From a virus, in the IMG/VR virus record IMGVR_UViG_3300043409_001561: a DNA stretch of 64,000 nucleotides; one strand, given 5' to 3'. Made by a program: the position numbers and the translations under genes. Below, in pieces: positions 9,595-19,325 of the stretch. Position 1 is the stretch's first letter; each line of letters begins with the position of its first letter. Below the pieces are notes generated by a model. The model did not search any database. It saw only the letters and a list, made by a program, of their open reading frames with translations, and was not told the origin of the DNA.

Positions 9595-11163
9595 TTACCA
9601 CCAAGTTCCTCCACCTGACAATCCTAATTGTTTTGCGTATCTTGGTAATCTACAACTCCAGTAACCTGCACTACATTTATCATTTTTCTGAGGGCAATTA
9701 TGTCTGTCTGAAAATGCCTTTCTAGCCTTAGGGTCTCTAAGTTTAACTGCAAGATTACCTCCACCTGACTTAGCCCCAAAAGAAACTTTCTTAACTTTAT
9801 CGTTACACATAACATAAACATAAAATTTCTTAGAACCACCTCTTTTAGGTTTACTAAGTTCTACTTTTTTTCCTTTATATTCTGCCTCATTTAAATTATA
9901 TTCCTCATTTGGTATATCTAACCACACTAATTTACCTTCATATATTCCTTGTTTACCTATATCTGTTTTAATAATTTCTAAATCATTATGAGAAAGATCG
10001 ACTCCACCTTTTTGATATACTTCCCTAACCTCATTGATAAGGTTGAAAAAGGATTCACTACCATACCTATATACTGTTTCTGTCAGAGGTATTTGATTAT
10101 CAATGTGATATTTTAAACCTTCACTTATAATAGATCTACTTTCTGTTATTAACATTCTATCGTAGTTTAAAGACTCATTCTTTTTAGATTTGTACCCTTT
10201 AACTTTAATAGGACTAGGTGTTTGACCTTTACCTGATTTACCATCTGTTTTTTCTCTTTCTCTCTTACGTCTACATGCAGAATCTTTAGACTCTTGACTC
10301 ATGTTCGCCGCCACACTCTTTGATCTACAAACTGGATACCCACCTTTATCAGAATCACCTCTACCACATTCAGGATGTCCACCACCTTCTTTTTTTCTAC
10401 AAATGTTAACCCAAGGACCATTAGGTTGTTTACTACCTTTTGGTTTTTTCTTTGTTCCAAACCAAACCGCCAAATCTTCATGTATTTCTATATCGTGAAA
10501 TGAATCTAAATCTTGTACCATTTCAGGTGACCAAGACTCATTAGTTTTACCAGAGCAATAACTCCCACTACATCTTTTTTTACCATCTAATCCCGCAATT
10601 GTACCTTTACAAACTTGAACTGCGTGTCCATTAGCGTATGCAGAAGGATAAACATCGTATGTAGATTTTGCAGAACTTATACCTCTAGCACAAAGTTTAT
10701 TAGATTTTTTCTTTTTTCTTTCATCTAATCTTTCTGTATCTTCCTCATCTTCTTTCTCATTACTAGATGGCATTATACTTATACCATATTTGTTTAATAT
10801 CTTCTCAAGTGCAATTGGGATTGCCATAGATACTGCACCCATACCCATAACTGCAACTATCTTCGCAATATCTTTAGATTGTGCCTTTAAAAACTCAATA
10901 TCCTTTTCAGAAACCTCTTTTTTAGATAGTAAATCACCTAAAATCTTTACCGCTTTAACAGTTTCACTTTTTTCTCTTTTTGCTATCTTAACAAAATTTT
11001 TCCATGAGTTAATCATATCATCTTTTTTGTTATTTAAAAAAGATTTCATTTTTTCACCAAACTCATTAACTACTTTAGGTTCTTCTTCTGAAAATAATCC
11101 AGTTGACTTATTATCAAACCTCATTTCATTAAATAGTTTTTTTAATTTTTCTCTATCTATCAT
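9595..11163 (-). CDS. Lys/Cys/Gly-rich 522-aa protein of unknown function
   Basis: ORF track. Contains an internal MLITESRSI tag-like motif. The C-terminus is GGGTWW. Confidence 0.45.
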   Translation of the reverse strand: MIDREKLKKLFNEMRFDNKSTGLFSEEEPKVVNEFGEKMKSFLNNKKDDMINSWKNFVKIAKREKSETVKAVKILGDLLSKKEVSEKDIEFLKAQSKDIAKIVAVMGMGAVSMAIPIALEKILNKYGISIMPSSNEKEDEEDTERLDERKKKKSNKLCARGISSAKSTYDVYPSAYANGHAVQVCKGTIAGLDGKKRCSGSYCSGKTNESWSPEMVQDLDSFHDIEIHEDLAVWFGTKKKPKGSKQPNGPWVNICRKKEGGGHPECGRGDSDKGGYPVCRSKSVAANMSQESKDSACRRKREREKTDGKSGKGQTPSPIKVKGYKSKKNESLNYDRMLITESRSIISEGLKYHIDNQIPLTETVYRYGSESFFNLINEVREVYQKGGVDLSHNDLEIIKTDIGKQGIYEGKLVWLDIPNEEYNLNEAEYKGKKVELSKPKRGGSKKFYVYVMCNDKVKKVSFGAKSGGGNLAVKLRDPKARKAFSDRHNCPQKNDKCSAGYWSCRLPRYAKQLGLSGGGTWW

Positions 11164-11171
11164 ACTTATAA

Positions 11172-12260
11172 TTAATCTATTCTATATATATAATAATATT
11201 CCCCATTGTATCTTTCATAACTTTCATTACCATCATAAGATGCTAATGTGACACCTCTATCTTCATTTTCAGCCAAATAAGACTCTAATCCTGACTCATC
11301 AAAATCGTAGTAGTATCGTATTGCATCTTCTTTAGACAACCCAAATTCGTCAGTAAAATAAGATAAACCACCATCTATTACCCTTTCTCTTATCTCTTCA
11401 TCATATTTTTCAATCAACTCCTCTCTAGCAGTATCAACTAAACTATCTAGTTCAGATTTCTTATCTTCTAATTGACCCCCTAAAGTATCCATTTCAGAAC
11501 TTAATTCTCTCATTTTAATAGTTACATCGTCAATAGCTGAATCGTTTTCACCCTCTTCATTATCTTCTTCTAGATCACTCATCTCATCGTCTAAATCAGA
11601 TATTTCTGATTCAATCTCCTCAATTCTATATTCGATATTACTTATTTGTTCCTCAAATTCATCTTTATCGTATCCTGCTTCAGAAATTATATCATCATCA
11701 TCCATATCATCTACCCTATAATTTGCTTCTTCAGATGCGAAATGACTAAGACTATAATCATTAAGTTCGATATAGTCTTCAATTAGTGATGTATCGATAT
11801 TATCATACCCACCTTGATTGTCTACCCATCCATCAAAATAATTCTCCATTGCCGATGCAACATCACTATCTGTCCCAACTGCATATTTTTCGTCATCTTC
11901 AATAGTACGTAAAACTTTTAACCCATAGTGTTCTTCTGATTCATCTTCTATCATAATTGGAGGTAAATCTAACCACTCCGCTAAAGCTAAATGTTCTGCC
12001 CAATAAATAGAAATGTCATCAATATCATCTAAATCTGAATCTGTAACCCCTTCATAATTACTATCTTCATTAAAATTGTTTACAAATAAATGTAACAATT
12101 CTAATTTTAGTGTCATATCCTCAATATTCAAAGTTTTTGTTAAAAATCCCCATATATCAGAAACATCATCAGTCTCACCCAAAGAAAGTGTCATTGCCCT
12201 AAGAACTCTTTTATGTATTGGTAAAATACTATTTTCAGTTATAAGTTTACTTAATTTCAT
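11172..12260 (-). CDS. acidic protein, member of the N-terminal tag family
   Basis: Starts MKLSKLITEN; extremely D/E-rich. Confidence 0.45.
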   Translation of the reverse strand: MKLSKLITENSILPIHKRVLRAMTLSLGETDDVSDIWGFLTKTLNIEDMTLKLELLHLFVNNFNEDSNYEGVTDSDLDDIDDISIYWAEHLALAEWLDLPPIMIEDESEEHYGLKVLRTIEDDEKYAVGTDSDVASAMENYFDGWVDNQGGYDNIDTSLIEDYIELNDYSLSHFASEEANYRVDDMDDDDIISEAGYDKDEFEEQISNIEYRIEEIESEISDLDDEMSDLEEDNEEGENDSAIDDVTIKMRELSSEMDTLGGQLEDKKSELDSLVDTAREELIEKYDEEIRERVIDGGLSYFTDEFGLSKEDAIRYYYDFDESGLESYLAENEDRGVTLASYDGNESYERYNGEYYYIYRID

Positions 12261-12334
12261 TTTTTTTAATATTTACATTTATATTAATAAATATTACTTT
12301 TATAAGTAAAATAAACAATATTAAATATTTTATT

Positions 12335-12523
12335 ATGTTAATTGTTAATGTCAAAGGTGGCAATATAGAAAGAGCCTTAAAAGAACTTAAAGGAAAGTTC
12401 ATAAAAACAAATATTGCGAAGGAATGTACAAACAGAAAAGAGTACGTAAAAAAGTCTATTATAGAAAGACAACAAGTACAAAAGGCACAGTACATTCAAA
12501 ATAAAAAAAGAAATAACGATTAA
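12335..12523 (+). CDS. rpsU: 30S ribosomal protein bS21
   Basis: MLIVNVKGGNIERALKELKGKF...KKSIIERQQVQKAQYIQ matches the bS21 family pattern (M-IV-V-NIE-ALK-FK-KF-KT...KPS..R...A.Y.Q). It resembles the Bacteroidota type as recalled. Confidence 0.7.
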   Translation: MLIVNVKGGNIERALKELKGKFIKTNIAKECTNRKEYVKKSIIERQQVQKAQYIQNKKRNND

Positions 12524-13018
12524 ATGGAAAAAGGAGTTTTAAATTTATTGAACGAACAAATATGGTTCGAAAATAGAGCGTCTCATTATTATTTAAACCT
12601 ATCGGTTTTATGTGAGTCAAAAGGTTTTAAAGGTATATCTAAATTTTTTAGAGAACAGTCTAATGAAGAAAGAGAACATATGTTAAAGATATGTGATTAC
12701 ATTTTAGAACGAGATGAAAAACCAATTATTCCGTCAAATACGTTTTTAGATGATAGTGATTTAGATTTCGATAACATCTTAAAGATATTTGAAGATAGTC
12801 TTTTTAACGAAAGAGAAATAACTAATTCATTTCATAAAATTATCTTAACTTGTAGAGAATTAGGGGATTTCACAACTGAAAACTTCATCCAATGGTTTAT
12901 AGAAGAACAAAGAGAAGAAGAATCTAAATTTAAGTCCTTAATTGATGAATTAAGGATTATAGGTAGTAACACCACAAGTGGGTCTGCGTTATATTTATTT
13001 GATAAAAATATTTCTTAA
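12524..13018 (+). CDS. ftnA: ferritin (bacterial FtnA-like, ferritin-like diiron fold)
   Basis: LLNEQI..E..ASHYYL and EEREHMLK motifs. The C-terminal NFIQWFIEEQREEESKFKSLIDEL parallels E. coli FtnA [24 protein letters not shown]. Confidence 0.7.
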   Translation: MEKGVLNLLNEQIWFENRASHYYLNLSVLCESKGFKGISKFFREQSNEEREHMLKICDYILERDEKPIIPSNTFLDDSDLDFDNILKIFEDSLFNEREITNSFHKIILTCRELGDFTTENFIQWFIEEQREEESKFKSLIDELRIIGSNTTSGSALYLFDKNIS

Positions 13019-13237
13019 ATTATTTTTACATAAATATATATCATATCTAAAGATTCAACAAACTTTATATCACCACCTAACCCCTTTTTTTGTGCCTTAA
13101 TTTTATATCTATCATAGATAACATCAAAATTATCTTCTAATTCCTCTGTCATTATTTTCCCTAAATAGAATAATGCTTTATCGTTTTGAACTTCATTTTT
13201 CATTTCTCACCCATTTAGATATAAATATCTTAAAGGG

Positions 13238-15193
13238 TTAAAATGGTCTATTGATATTTATAATGGGAGTTCTATTTTCAACTACCTCTTCTGTTGGTAA
13301 ATCATCTACACCCCAGTATTCTCCTATCATATCTTGTTCTACTTCAGGTACTTCTTCTAATCGGATGTAAGGGTTATGTACCGCATTTATCTGGAAAATT
13401 GATGTCATATTATTTTCACTACTTTCATCTTTTAATGATATTAAAAATCCCCTATTTAATAGTTCTATATCCCCAAAAGATTTTATTTTTTTATCGTACC
13501 CATCAATAAACCTCTTTTTATTTATTTTATTAACCAATAGATTACCAATAGTCTTATGGTATTCAGTAGTTTCTTTATTACAATACGATAATATCTGAAT
13601 CATTCTAAACATTAACTGATTATCCTCTAATTCTATTTCCAACGCTGACATATTATTAGGTGTGATAATCACAAATATTTTAGTCTTACCACTTGCAATC
13701 TTCAATTTATAATTCTGAGCATCATTATTAATACAGTTCTTAAGTTTATTACCTGCCCATCTAATATTCAACTCAGAAGTTAACTCCTTAATTTTTATAT
13801 CATATGGTAGGTTTAAGTCATCAAAAACTATCGGTTCAATTATATTGGTTGAATATTTTTCTTTTTCTTTATCTAATTCTTGTTTCATATTTTCATATGT
13901 AGGTTTAATCAAAATATTCCTACTTAATAATGATTTTTGTAGTAATGGTGATACCCATTCTCCATCTGAATTAAATAATTTATTAATACTCTTTACAAAA
14001 TTATAGGATTCTTGTGCATTCATTTTAAATTTAAAAATGATATATAGTAACCATCTTTCAGAATCTACCATTTTATCAATATATTGTATATGTGATAAAT
14101 CAAAATCACAATTATGGTATTGGTTATTTGTTAGACAAAGCATCTTAGAGAAATGACTATTTTTTAATATCAATTCCGCCTTAAACTTTTGTTTCTTGTT
14201 AATATCATTTTTAGTTAAATTATATGCCCCCATAAATGTTAACGGGTTAAATGATAATTGTTCTAAAATACCAAATATTAGTTCATTCTTTTTATTATAT
14301 TTTTTAGGTGTTAATGACCATATAATATCATTATATTTTGCCCAATTACCTAATACCTCTGTTGGTATAGTATATTTGGGGTTTAACCACTTAACACTTT
14401 CAGGAATTACTGCGTCATTAGGATTAGACCTATAACCCCAAGTAGATTTCTTATGATCAAAGTACTTAATCAATGAAAAATACTCCTTCAATTTAGAATA
14501 GTATTTCATATACATATCTTTATACTTAGAACCAAAATAGATACCAAATGAACGTCTAGACATTCTAACGATATTCTCAACGATTAAGGGTTGACTTAAT
14601 AACTCCATACATGAATCTACATTGCAAAAACAATTTAGTTCATCCATCTTTTTAAACAATCTTATTGCAGTATGTGCAGGTGTGTATATCGCAGTAACCT
14701 CTAATTGTTTATTTTCTAAAAAACTTTTAAAGTCCTCAGTATATATAAGAATGTTAGTTGTTAAATCAATACCAACTTGACAACAATTAAAATCGAACCC
14801 ATTTAAAATGTATTCATAATCTGTTTTGGGCGAAGACAGTGAAGAATTCTTCCTAATATAAATGTTATTCAGATACCCATCTCTCTCTACTTTAACTATT
14901 TGGTATGTGGTGTTAGTATCATACGCCATTTTAGTAACCATATACCCATCACCTTCAATGTTCAATGAGTTAGTTCTAACTGGTGCATTTGACGATGGAC
15001 TATCATATCCCTTATCCTCAATAAATATATCTAAATCGTTTATAGGGTAATTACCACCCCAAACCATATTTAAGATAGTATTCGCCACTGCACCACCAGC
15101 CAAAAATCCACTACTAGGGATATTGTCATACTTACTCAATTCAATTAGTATCTCACTAACTAAAGATTTTTTTTCTAAAACATTATTCATCAT
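13238..15193 (-). CDS. large hypothetical protein, possible nucleotidyltransferase-fold N-terminus
   Basis: FLAGGAVANTIL...NDLDIF resembles a pol-beta-type NTase G[GS]...DxD motif. Weak evidence. Confidence 0.35.
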   Translation of the reverse strand: MMNNVLEKKSLVSEILIELSKYDNIPSSGFLAGGAVANTILNMVWGGNYPINDLDIFIEDKGYDSPSSNAPVRTNSLNIEGDGYMVTKMAYDTNTTYQIVKVERDGYLNNIYIRKNSSLSSPKTDYEYILNGFDFNCCQVGIDLTTNILIYTEDFKSFLENKQLEVTAIYTPAHTAIRLFKKMDELNCFCNVDSCMELLSQPLIVENIVRMSRRSFGIYFGSKYKDMYMKYYSKLKEYFSLIKYFDHKKSTWGYRSNPNDAVIPESVKWLNPKYTIPTEVLGNWAKYNDIIWSLTPKKYNKKNELIFGILEQLSFNPLTFMGAYNLTKNDINKKQKFKAELILKNSHFSKMLCLTNNQYHNCDFDLSHIQYIDKMVDSERWLLYIIFKFKMNAQESYNFVKSINKLFNSDGEWVSPLLQKSLLSRNILIKPTYENMKQELDKEKEKYSTNIIEPIVFDDLNLPYDIKIKELTSELNIRWAGNKLKNCINNDAQNYKLKIASGKTKIFVIITPNNMSALEIELEDNQLMFRMIQILSYCNKETTEYHKTIGNLLVNKINKKRFIDGYDKKIKSFGDIELLNRGFLISLKDESSENNMTSIFQINAVHNPYIRLEEVPEVEQDMIGEYWGVDDLPTEEVVENRTPIININRPF

Positions 15194-15375
15194 CTTTATT
15201 GTTTTTATAGTTCTTATACAAAAAAAAGGAAGGTACTGTTATACCTAAAAATAAAATAATATATAATATTATTGGGTAAATTATTATTAAAGTTAAAAAT
15301 AGGCAAAAACATATGACACCTATTAAAGAATAAAATCTAATTTTACCCCTATCTATTTTATCAAAATCAAACATA

Positions 15376-16344
15376 TTACATTATATCTTCTAAATAATTT
15401 TTTACCTCATTGGAGATTTCTCTTCTACTCGCACCAATTGTAATTAAATCAACTACCATACCCACAATTTCATCTGATATGGTATTGATGAAATCATCAT
15501 TATCGTCATCATCATCACCTATAAATGGTGAATAACTATTACTATATGTTTCAGTAATTATTTTTTTCTTATGAATATATTTTATATTACCCAAATGAGA
15601 AATTAATTTTTCACCTGCAATGAGAGAATCTGATACTTCACTGATAACCACATATTCTTGATTAGTATGTTGTTTGTAATAACCGCAACCCAAATTAAGA
15701 CAGTTGAAGTCGTATTTAGTTGCCAATTGATTAACGTCAGTAAATGGATCATTACTAAATTTAGTATAACCAGATTCGTTTAAAGTCTCCTTAATTTTAT
15801 CCTTAAAATCTAAATCGAAAAGATTAACTCCCCAACAAACTTCACTTATCCAATTATTAGATGGTGCATCAAACTGAATTGCGTACCCCACATTATCAAA
15901 GAAGGCATCATCAGATTCTTTAGAACCTTTCATACCTATCTCTTCTTCAACAAAGAAAGCCCCTTTTAAGTTATCGAATTTGTTGAAGAGTTCTAAACAA
16001 ACAAAGACACCACACTTATCATCCCCACCAATACCTGTTTGTATTTCTGTAGTGGGATGAAAGGCAATTAGATTATCGTCATTTTCTTTAATGATTAGAC
16101 GTTCTTTATTTTCAATTAAGGTAATATGTGATCTATGAACTGTATCCATATGTGAAACGACACAAGGGAAATGTTCTTGCGGATAGGTTACCATACCCTT
16201 AGTAAGATAGAGATTACCTTTTTTATCGGTGTAATACTCTATACCGTTAGTTTTTGCAAACTCTATTATGTAGTCTCTAACCATACTTTCATCACCAGAT
16301 ATTGATGGTAGGGACAAAACTTCTTTTAAAAAATCTAAATTCAT
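15376..16344 (-). CDS. M20/M42-family metallopeptidase-like protein
   Basis: N-terminal LSLPSISGDE..VRDYI, HMDTV (HxD), GGDDKCG (DDK.G) and EEEIG (EE) motifs in M20-like order. Confidence 0.5.
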   Translation of the reverse strand: MNLDFLKEVLSLPSISGDESMVRDYIIEFAKTNGIEYYTDKKGNLYLTKGMVTYPQEHFPCVVSHMDTVHRSHITLIENKERLIIKENDDNLIAFHPTTEIQTGIGGDDKCGVFVCLELFNKFDNLKGAFFVEEEIGMKGSKESDDAFFDNVGYAIQFDAPSNNWISEVCWGVNLFDLDFKDKIKETLNESGYTKFSNDPFTDVNQLATKYDFNCLNLGCGYYKQHTNQEYVVISEVSDSLIAGEKLISHLGNIKYIHKKKIITETYSNSYSPFIGDDDDDNDDFINTISDEIVGMVVDLITIGASRREISNEVKNYLEDIM

Positions 16345-16358
16345 ATCTTATTTTTAGA

Positions 16359-16366
16359 CAAATATA
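16359..16366 (-). promoter_or_regulatory. TAnnTTTG (-7) promoter element 14 nt upstream of the 15376..16344 start
   Basis: The minus strand reads TATATTTG, the Bacteroidota sigma-A -7 consensus. Confidence 0.4.
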
Positions 16367-16585
16367 TGGAATAGATTCCGAATAACCTAATTTTTATCGA
16401 TTTATTATTTACAAAATAATATTAATACTGATATTTATAATAATAATAACAAGTTATAAAAACTTAATCAAATGGGTTGCGGTTGTAAAAAGAAAAAACC
16501 AGTGGTTGGTAAACCAACTAATGAGTCAAGTACTACTCAAAGTACTACTCAAAGTAGTAATCAGTCAAATAATAGTGGTAACTAA

Positions 16586-17011
16586 TTAAGTTAATTGGTT
16601 TGCGGGTCCTCTAGCAGGCTCAACCGACCACGGTGAGTTATCTATTGGATTCGCAACACCCCTATTTACATCTTTAAGAGGCCAAACAGAAGTGGCTCCA
16701 CCAGCAGGTGCACTTGTACCTTCATCTTCATCTAATATTTCTTCATCAGTATAATCATCAATACCAATACCATATTCAGTTACGACAAGTCCGTATCCAC
16801 CTTCTTTATCATAATACCCTAAATAGATATCATTATCATCATACACTACTGTTTCGTATGCATTACTATCAAACCTAAGTCTTTTAGGTTCACCATTAAC
16901 CCATTTAAGTATTTTCTTATACCAACTTTTAGGATCTTTGATTGTTTCACCAAATTCCCTAATTAGTATTTTTTTATATTGACTTTCTGTAATTATTATT
17001 TTCATCACCAA
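16586..17011 (-). CDS. tandem paralog 1 of the N-terminal tag family (MKIIITESQYKKILIRE...)
   Basis: Conserved N-terminal roughly 17 aa with a divergent C-terminal region. Confidence 0.5.
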   Translation of the reverse strand: MVMKIIITESQYKKILIREFGETIKDPKSWYKKILKWVNGEPKRLRFDSNAYETVVYDDNDIYLGYYDKEGGYGLVVTEYGIGIDDYTDEEILDEDEGTSAPAGGATSVWPLKDVNRGVANPIDNSPWSVEPARGPANQLT

Positions 17012-17355
17012 TTTCTTTCTTTATTGTTAATAACATTTAGCAATTTAACTTTTATGTTTTTATTTCCAGTCATATCCATTATTTCCCCTTTTATATCATA
17101 GAAAAAACTACCTACATCTGCATTAGAAAAAATACAATCAATATAAATTATTAAACCAATTTCATTATCAAAAGAAGTTGCAACTTCGACATTTTCTACT
17201 ATATCCAATATTTCACAATCAACATCTTCATCAGCATAATTCCAATCCTCATCTTCTGTAGCGTGTTCACACTTATCCCTTAAATTATTTAATGAGATAT
17301 CAACTATTTTTTGATAAACAGTTTTAAGTTGGTTTTCAGTTATTAAAACTTTCAT
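17005..17355 (-). CDS. tandem paralog 2 of the N-terminal tag family (MKVLITENQLKTV...)
   Basis: Same N-terminal motif; overlapping stop/start with neighbours. Confidence 0.5.
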   Translation of the reverse strand: MKVLITENQLKTVYQKIVDISLNNLRDKCEHATEDEDWNYADEDVDCEILDIVENVEVATSFDNEIGLIIYIDCIFSNADVGSFFYDIKGEIMDMTGNKNIKVKLLNVINNKERNW

Positions 17356-17933
17356 TCTATTAATTTTATATAGGATTTATATTGATCTGGCGTCCAATCA
17401 ATTGAAAAATCATTTAAAGTATCTTTAGCCATATGCCTCATAAGTTCTGCATCACCCAAATCCCAATCCAAATCAGGAAACTGATTGGGGTATGTGTCCA
17501 CTAACTCTATATCATTAAAATTTCGATCTCTAATTTTAGAAATGACATTTTTTAACGCCTCTTGACGTGATCCAGCCCTAACAGTAATTTCATAATCTAA
17601 AAATGATCTAGCAGTAATTACAGTTGGTAAGTTAGCCTTTATTACGTAAGTACCTTGAAATTCCAATGGGGTATTTAAAAATGTTTCATATTCCTCATCA
17701 GGTAAATCTTTAAATGTTTTTTCATAGTTATGTACTATTGTAGTTGCATCAACATCACTCAAATCCCAATTAAACATTAAATCTTCAATAGTTTTATCAG
17801 TATTAGTATAAATATTTTTTAATGCCCTCATAATTCTAATAACTTTTGGGGTAATTAAATCTCCAACAGACGATGATTCAGTATCCTCTTTAAATAATTT
17901 TTTATATTGTTTTTCAGTTAATTTAATTTTCAT
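17352..17933 (-). CDS. tandem paralog 3 of the N-terminal tag family (MKIKLTEKQYKKLFKE...)
   Basis: Same N-terminal motif. Confidence 0.5.
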   Translation of the reverse strand: MKIKLTEKQYKKLFKEDTESSSVGDLITPKVIRIMRALKNIYTNTDKTIEDLMFNWDLSDVDATTIVHNYEKTFKDLPDEEYETFLNTPLEFQGTYVIKANLPTVITARSFLDYEITVRAGSRQEALKNVISKIRDRNFNDIELVDTYPNQFPDLDWDLGDAELMRHMAKDTLNDFSIDWTPDQYKSYIKLIE

Positions 17934-17934
17934 C

Positions 17935-18321
17935 TTAAACGGTTTTTGTTAAAGTTAGATCTACACTAGATGATTTAATTGTGAATGTATTTAATTGTTT
18001 TTTAACCTGTGAAATTATATCATTCATTTGAGACGTATCAATATTAAAAGTTTTACCTGTAGTATCTTTTACCCCATAACCATAACCATCTTCAGTCTTC
18101 CATATATTTTTGACCAAAACTCCACCATCATAAAATAAAGTGTCAACCTTTAATTTATAAAAATAAACCATACCTTTATATACGACTTTAAGTTGTCCAG
18201 AGTATTTACCATATTTCGGATCATCCCAATTAATAGGTACTGCACTAACCTTAGCGTTGGAAACGATAATAGTTTCTATAAGTAAATTATTAAATTGACT
18301 TTCTGTTAATCTAATTCTCAT
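17935..18321 (-). CDS. tandem paralog 4 of the N-terminal tag family (MRIRLTESQFNNLLIE...)
   Basis: Same N-terminal motif. Confidence 0.5.
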   Translation of the reverse strand: MRIRLTESQFNNLLIETIIVSNAKVSAVPINWDDPKYGKYSGQLKVVYKGMVYFYKLKVDTLFYDGGVLVKNIWKTEDGYGYGVKDTTGKTFNIDTSQMNDIISQVKKQLNTFTIKSSSVDLTLTKTV

Positions 18322-18941
18322 ATCTTTATCTCTATATCATTGTAATCTATTTCTTCATCACCAAATGATTCATTAGTAAAGTCCCAGTCAATCTCCCAGT
18401 CAATATTAGTTTCATCGGAATCAATTCTTCCCATTCTATCTTCAATTTCAACATTACCATCACCAATTTTACCAATAAATTCTTTTATATTTCTAGCATA
18501 ACCATAAGCGTCACCTGTAGAACTACCACCTACGGTACCTGTGTGGTAAACAGTTGCAGGGTAGTTAAATTTACCATAAAATTCTAAAGGTTTGCCAATC
18601 AAAGATTTCCAATCTCCCGTTTCAGAAGCCATAACAATATCGTCCCAATATACACTACTATAGTTATGTGTTAATACTACACATTCTCCTTCAGTAAAAT
18701 CAGTTAATGTCATAATCTCCCTCACAATTTTTTTAAAAGTACCATTAGAGATATTAGTACTTAAATAACTCAAATTAGGTATAAGTGATTCGTCATTTTT
18801 TAATGTTACAAATATTTTTGCGATAAAAGGATCAATAACATTTTTTATGTTAGGGAAATTTACCATACCATCAAGAAAAGATTTATTATCTTCAGTTATT
18901 AATCTCCTATATTGACTTTCTGTAATAACTATTTTCATCAA
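18318..18941 (-). CDS. tandem paralog 5 of the N-terminal tag family (MMKIVITESQYRRLITE...)
   Basis: Same N-terminal motif. Confidence 0.5.
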   Translation of the reverse strand: MMKIVITESQYRRLITEDNKSFLDGMVNFPNIKNVIDPFIAKIFVTLKNDESLIPNLSYLSTNISNGTFKKIVREIMTLTDFTEGECVVLTHNYSSVYWDDIVMASETGDWKSLIGKPLEFYGKFNYPATVYHTGTVGGSSTGDAYGYARNIKEFIGKIGDGNVEIEDRMGRIDSDETNIDWEIDWDFTNESFGDEEIDYNDIEIKI

Positions 18942-19249
18942 TTAGTTTTTTCCTCCTCTTTATTTTTATGTCTTAATGAACCAATTGTTTCAATTACATT
19001 TAAAAATTTACCACCAAAAGTATATCCCGCAAATAAAACCATTGCATATTCTAAGGCATCTATAATGATTTGGAACTTATTTAAATCCAATGTATTTTCT
19101 TTACTAACACCCTTAAACATTAACACACCTAGTGTAATATAATATGCGATGATTGCCCACAACAGATATACTCTACTTTGAGAGTACATACCTTTTTCTG
19201 TAAGCATGTCTTTAAATATTTTCATAATTAATTTAATTTTATTACTCAT
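18938..19249 (-). CDS. small membrane protein
   Basis: Hydrophobic stretch LLWAIIAYYITLGVLMF. Confidence 0.4.
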   Translation of the reverse strand: MSNKIKLIMKIFKDMLTEKGMYSQSRVYLLWAIIAYYITLGVLMFKGVSKENTLDLNKFQIIIDALEYAMVLFAGYTFGGKFLNVIETIGSLRHKNKEEEKTN

Positions 19250-19292
19250 AAAATAAAACGTTTAAATTGTTATTATAATAAATATCTTTAAA

Positions 19293-19320
19293 AACAAAAA
19301 ACCCAACTAATGTTGGGTTT
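19293..19320 (-). terminator. rho-independent terminator (CCCAACATTAGTTGGG followed by T6)
   Basis: Hairpin plus T-run immediately downstream of the trx gene. Confidence 0.5.
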
Positions 19321-19325
19321 TGGTG

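Noticed and set aside
16463-16576. Small intergenic ORF MGCGCKKKKPVVGKPTNESSTTQSTTQSSNQSNNSGN with a eukaryote-like N-myristoylation/palmitoylation start (MGCGC, as in Lck).
   Set aside because: The bacterial-type genes (bS21, tmRNA, lipobox lipoprotein, SlyD, FtnA) and the Bacteroidota promoters argue for a bacteriophage, where such a signal has no known function. It is a 37-codon low-complexity ORF and most likely a coincidence, though it could be a tiny real peptide.
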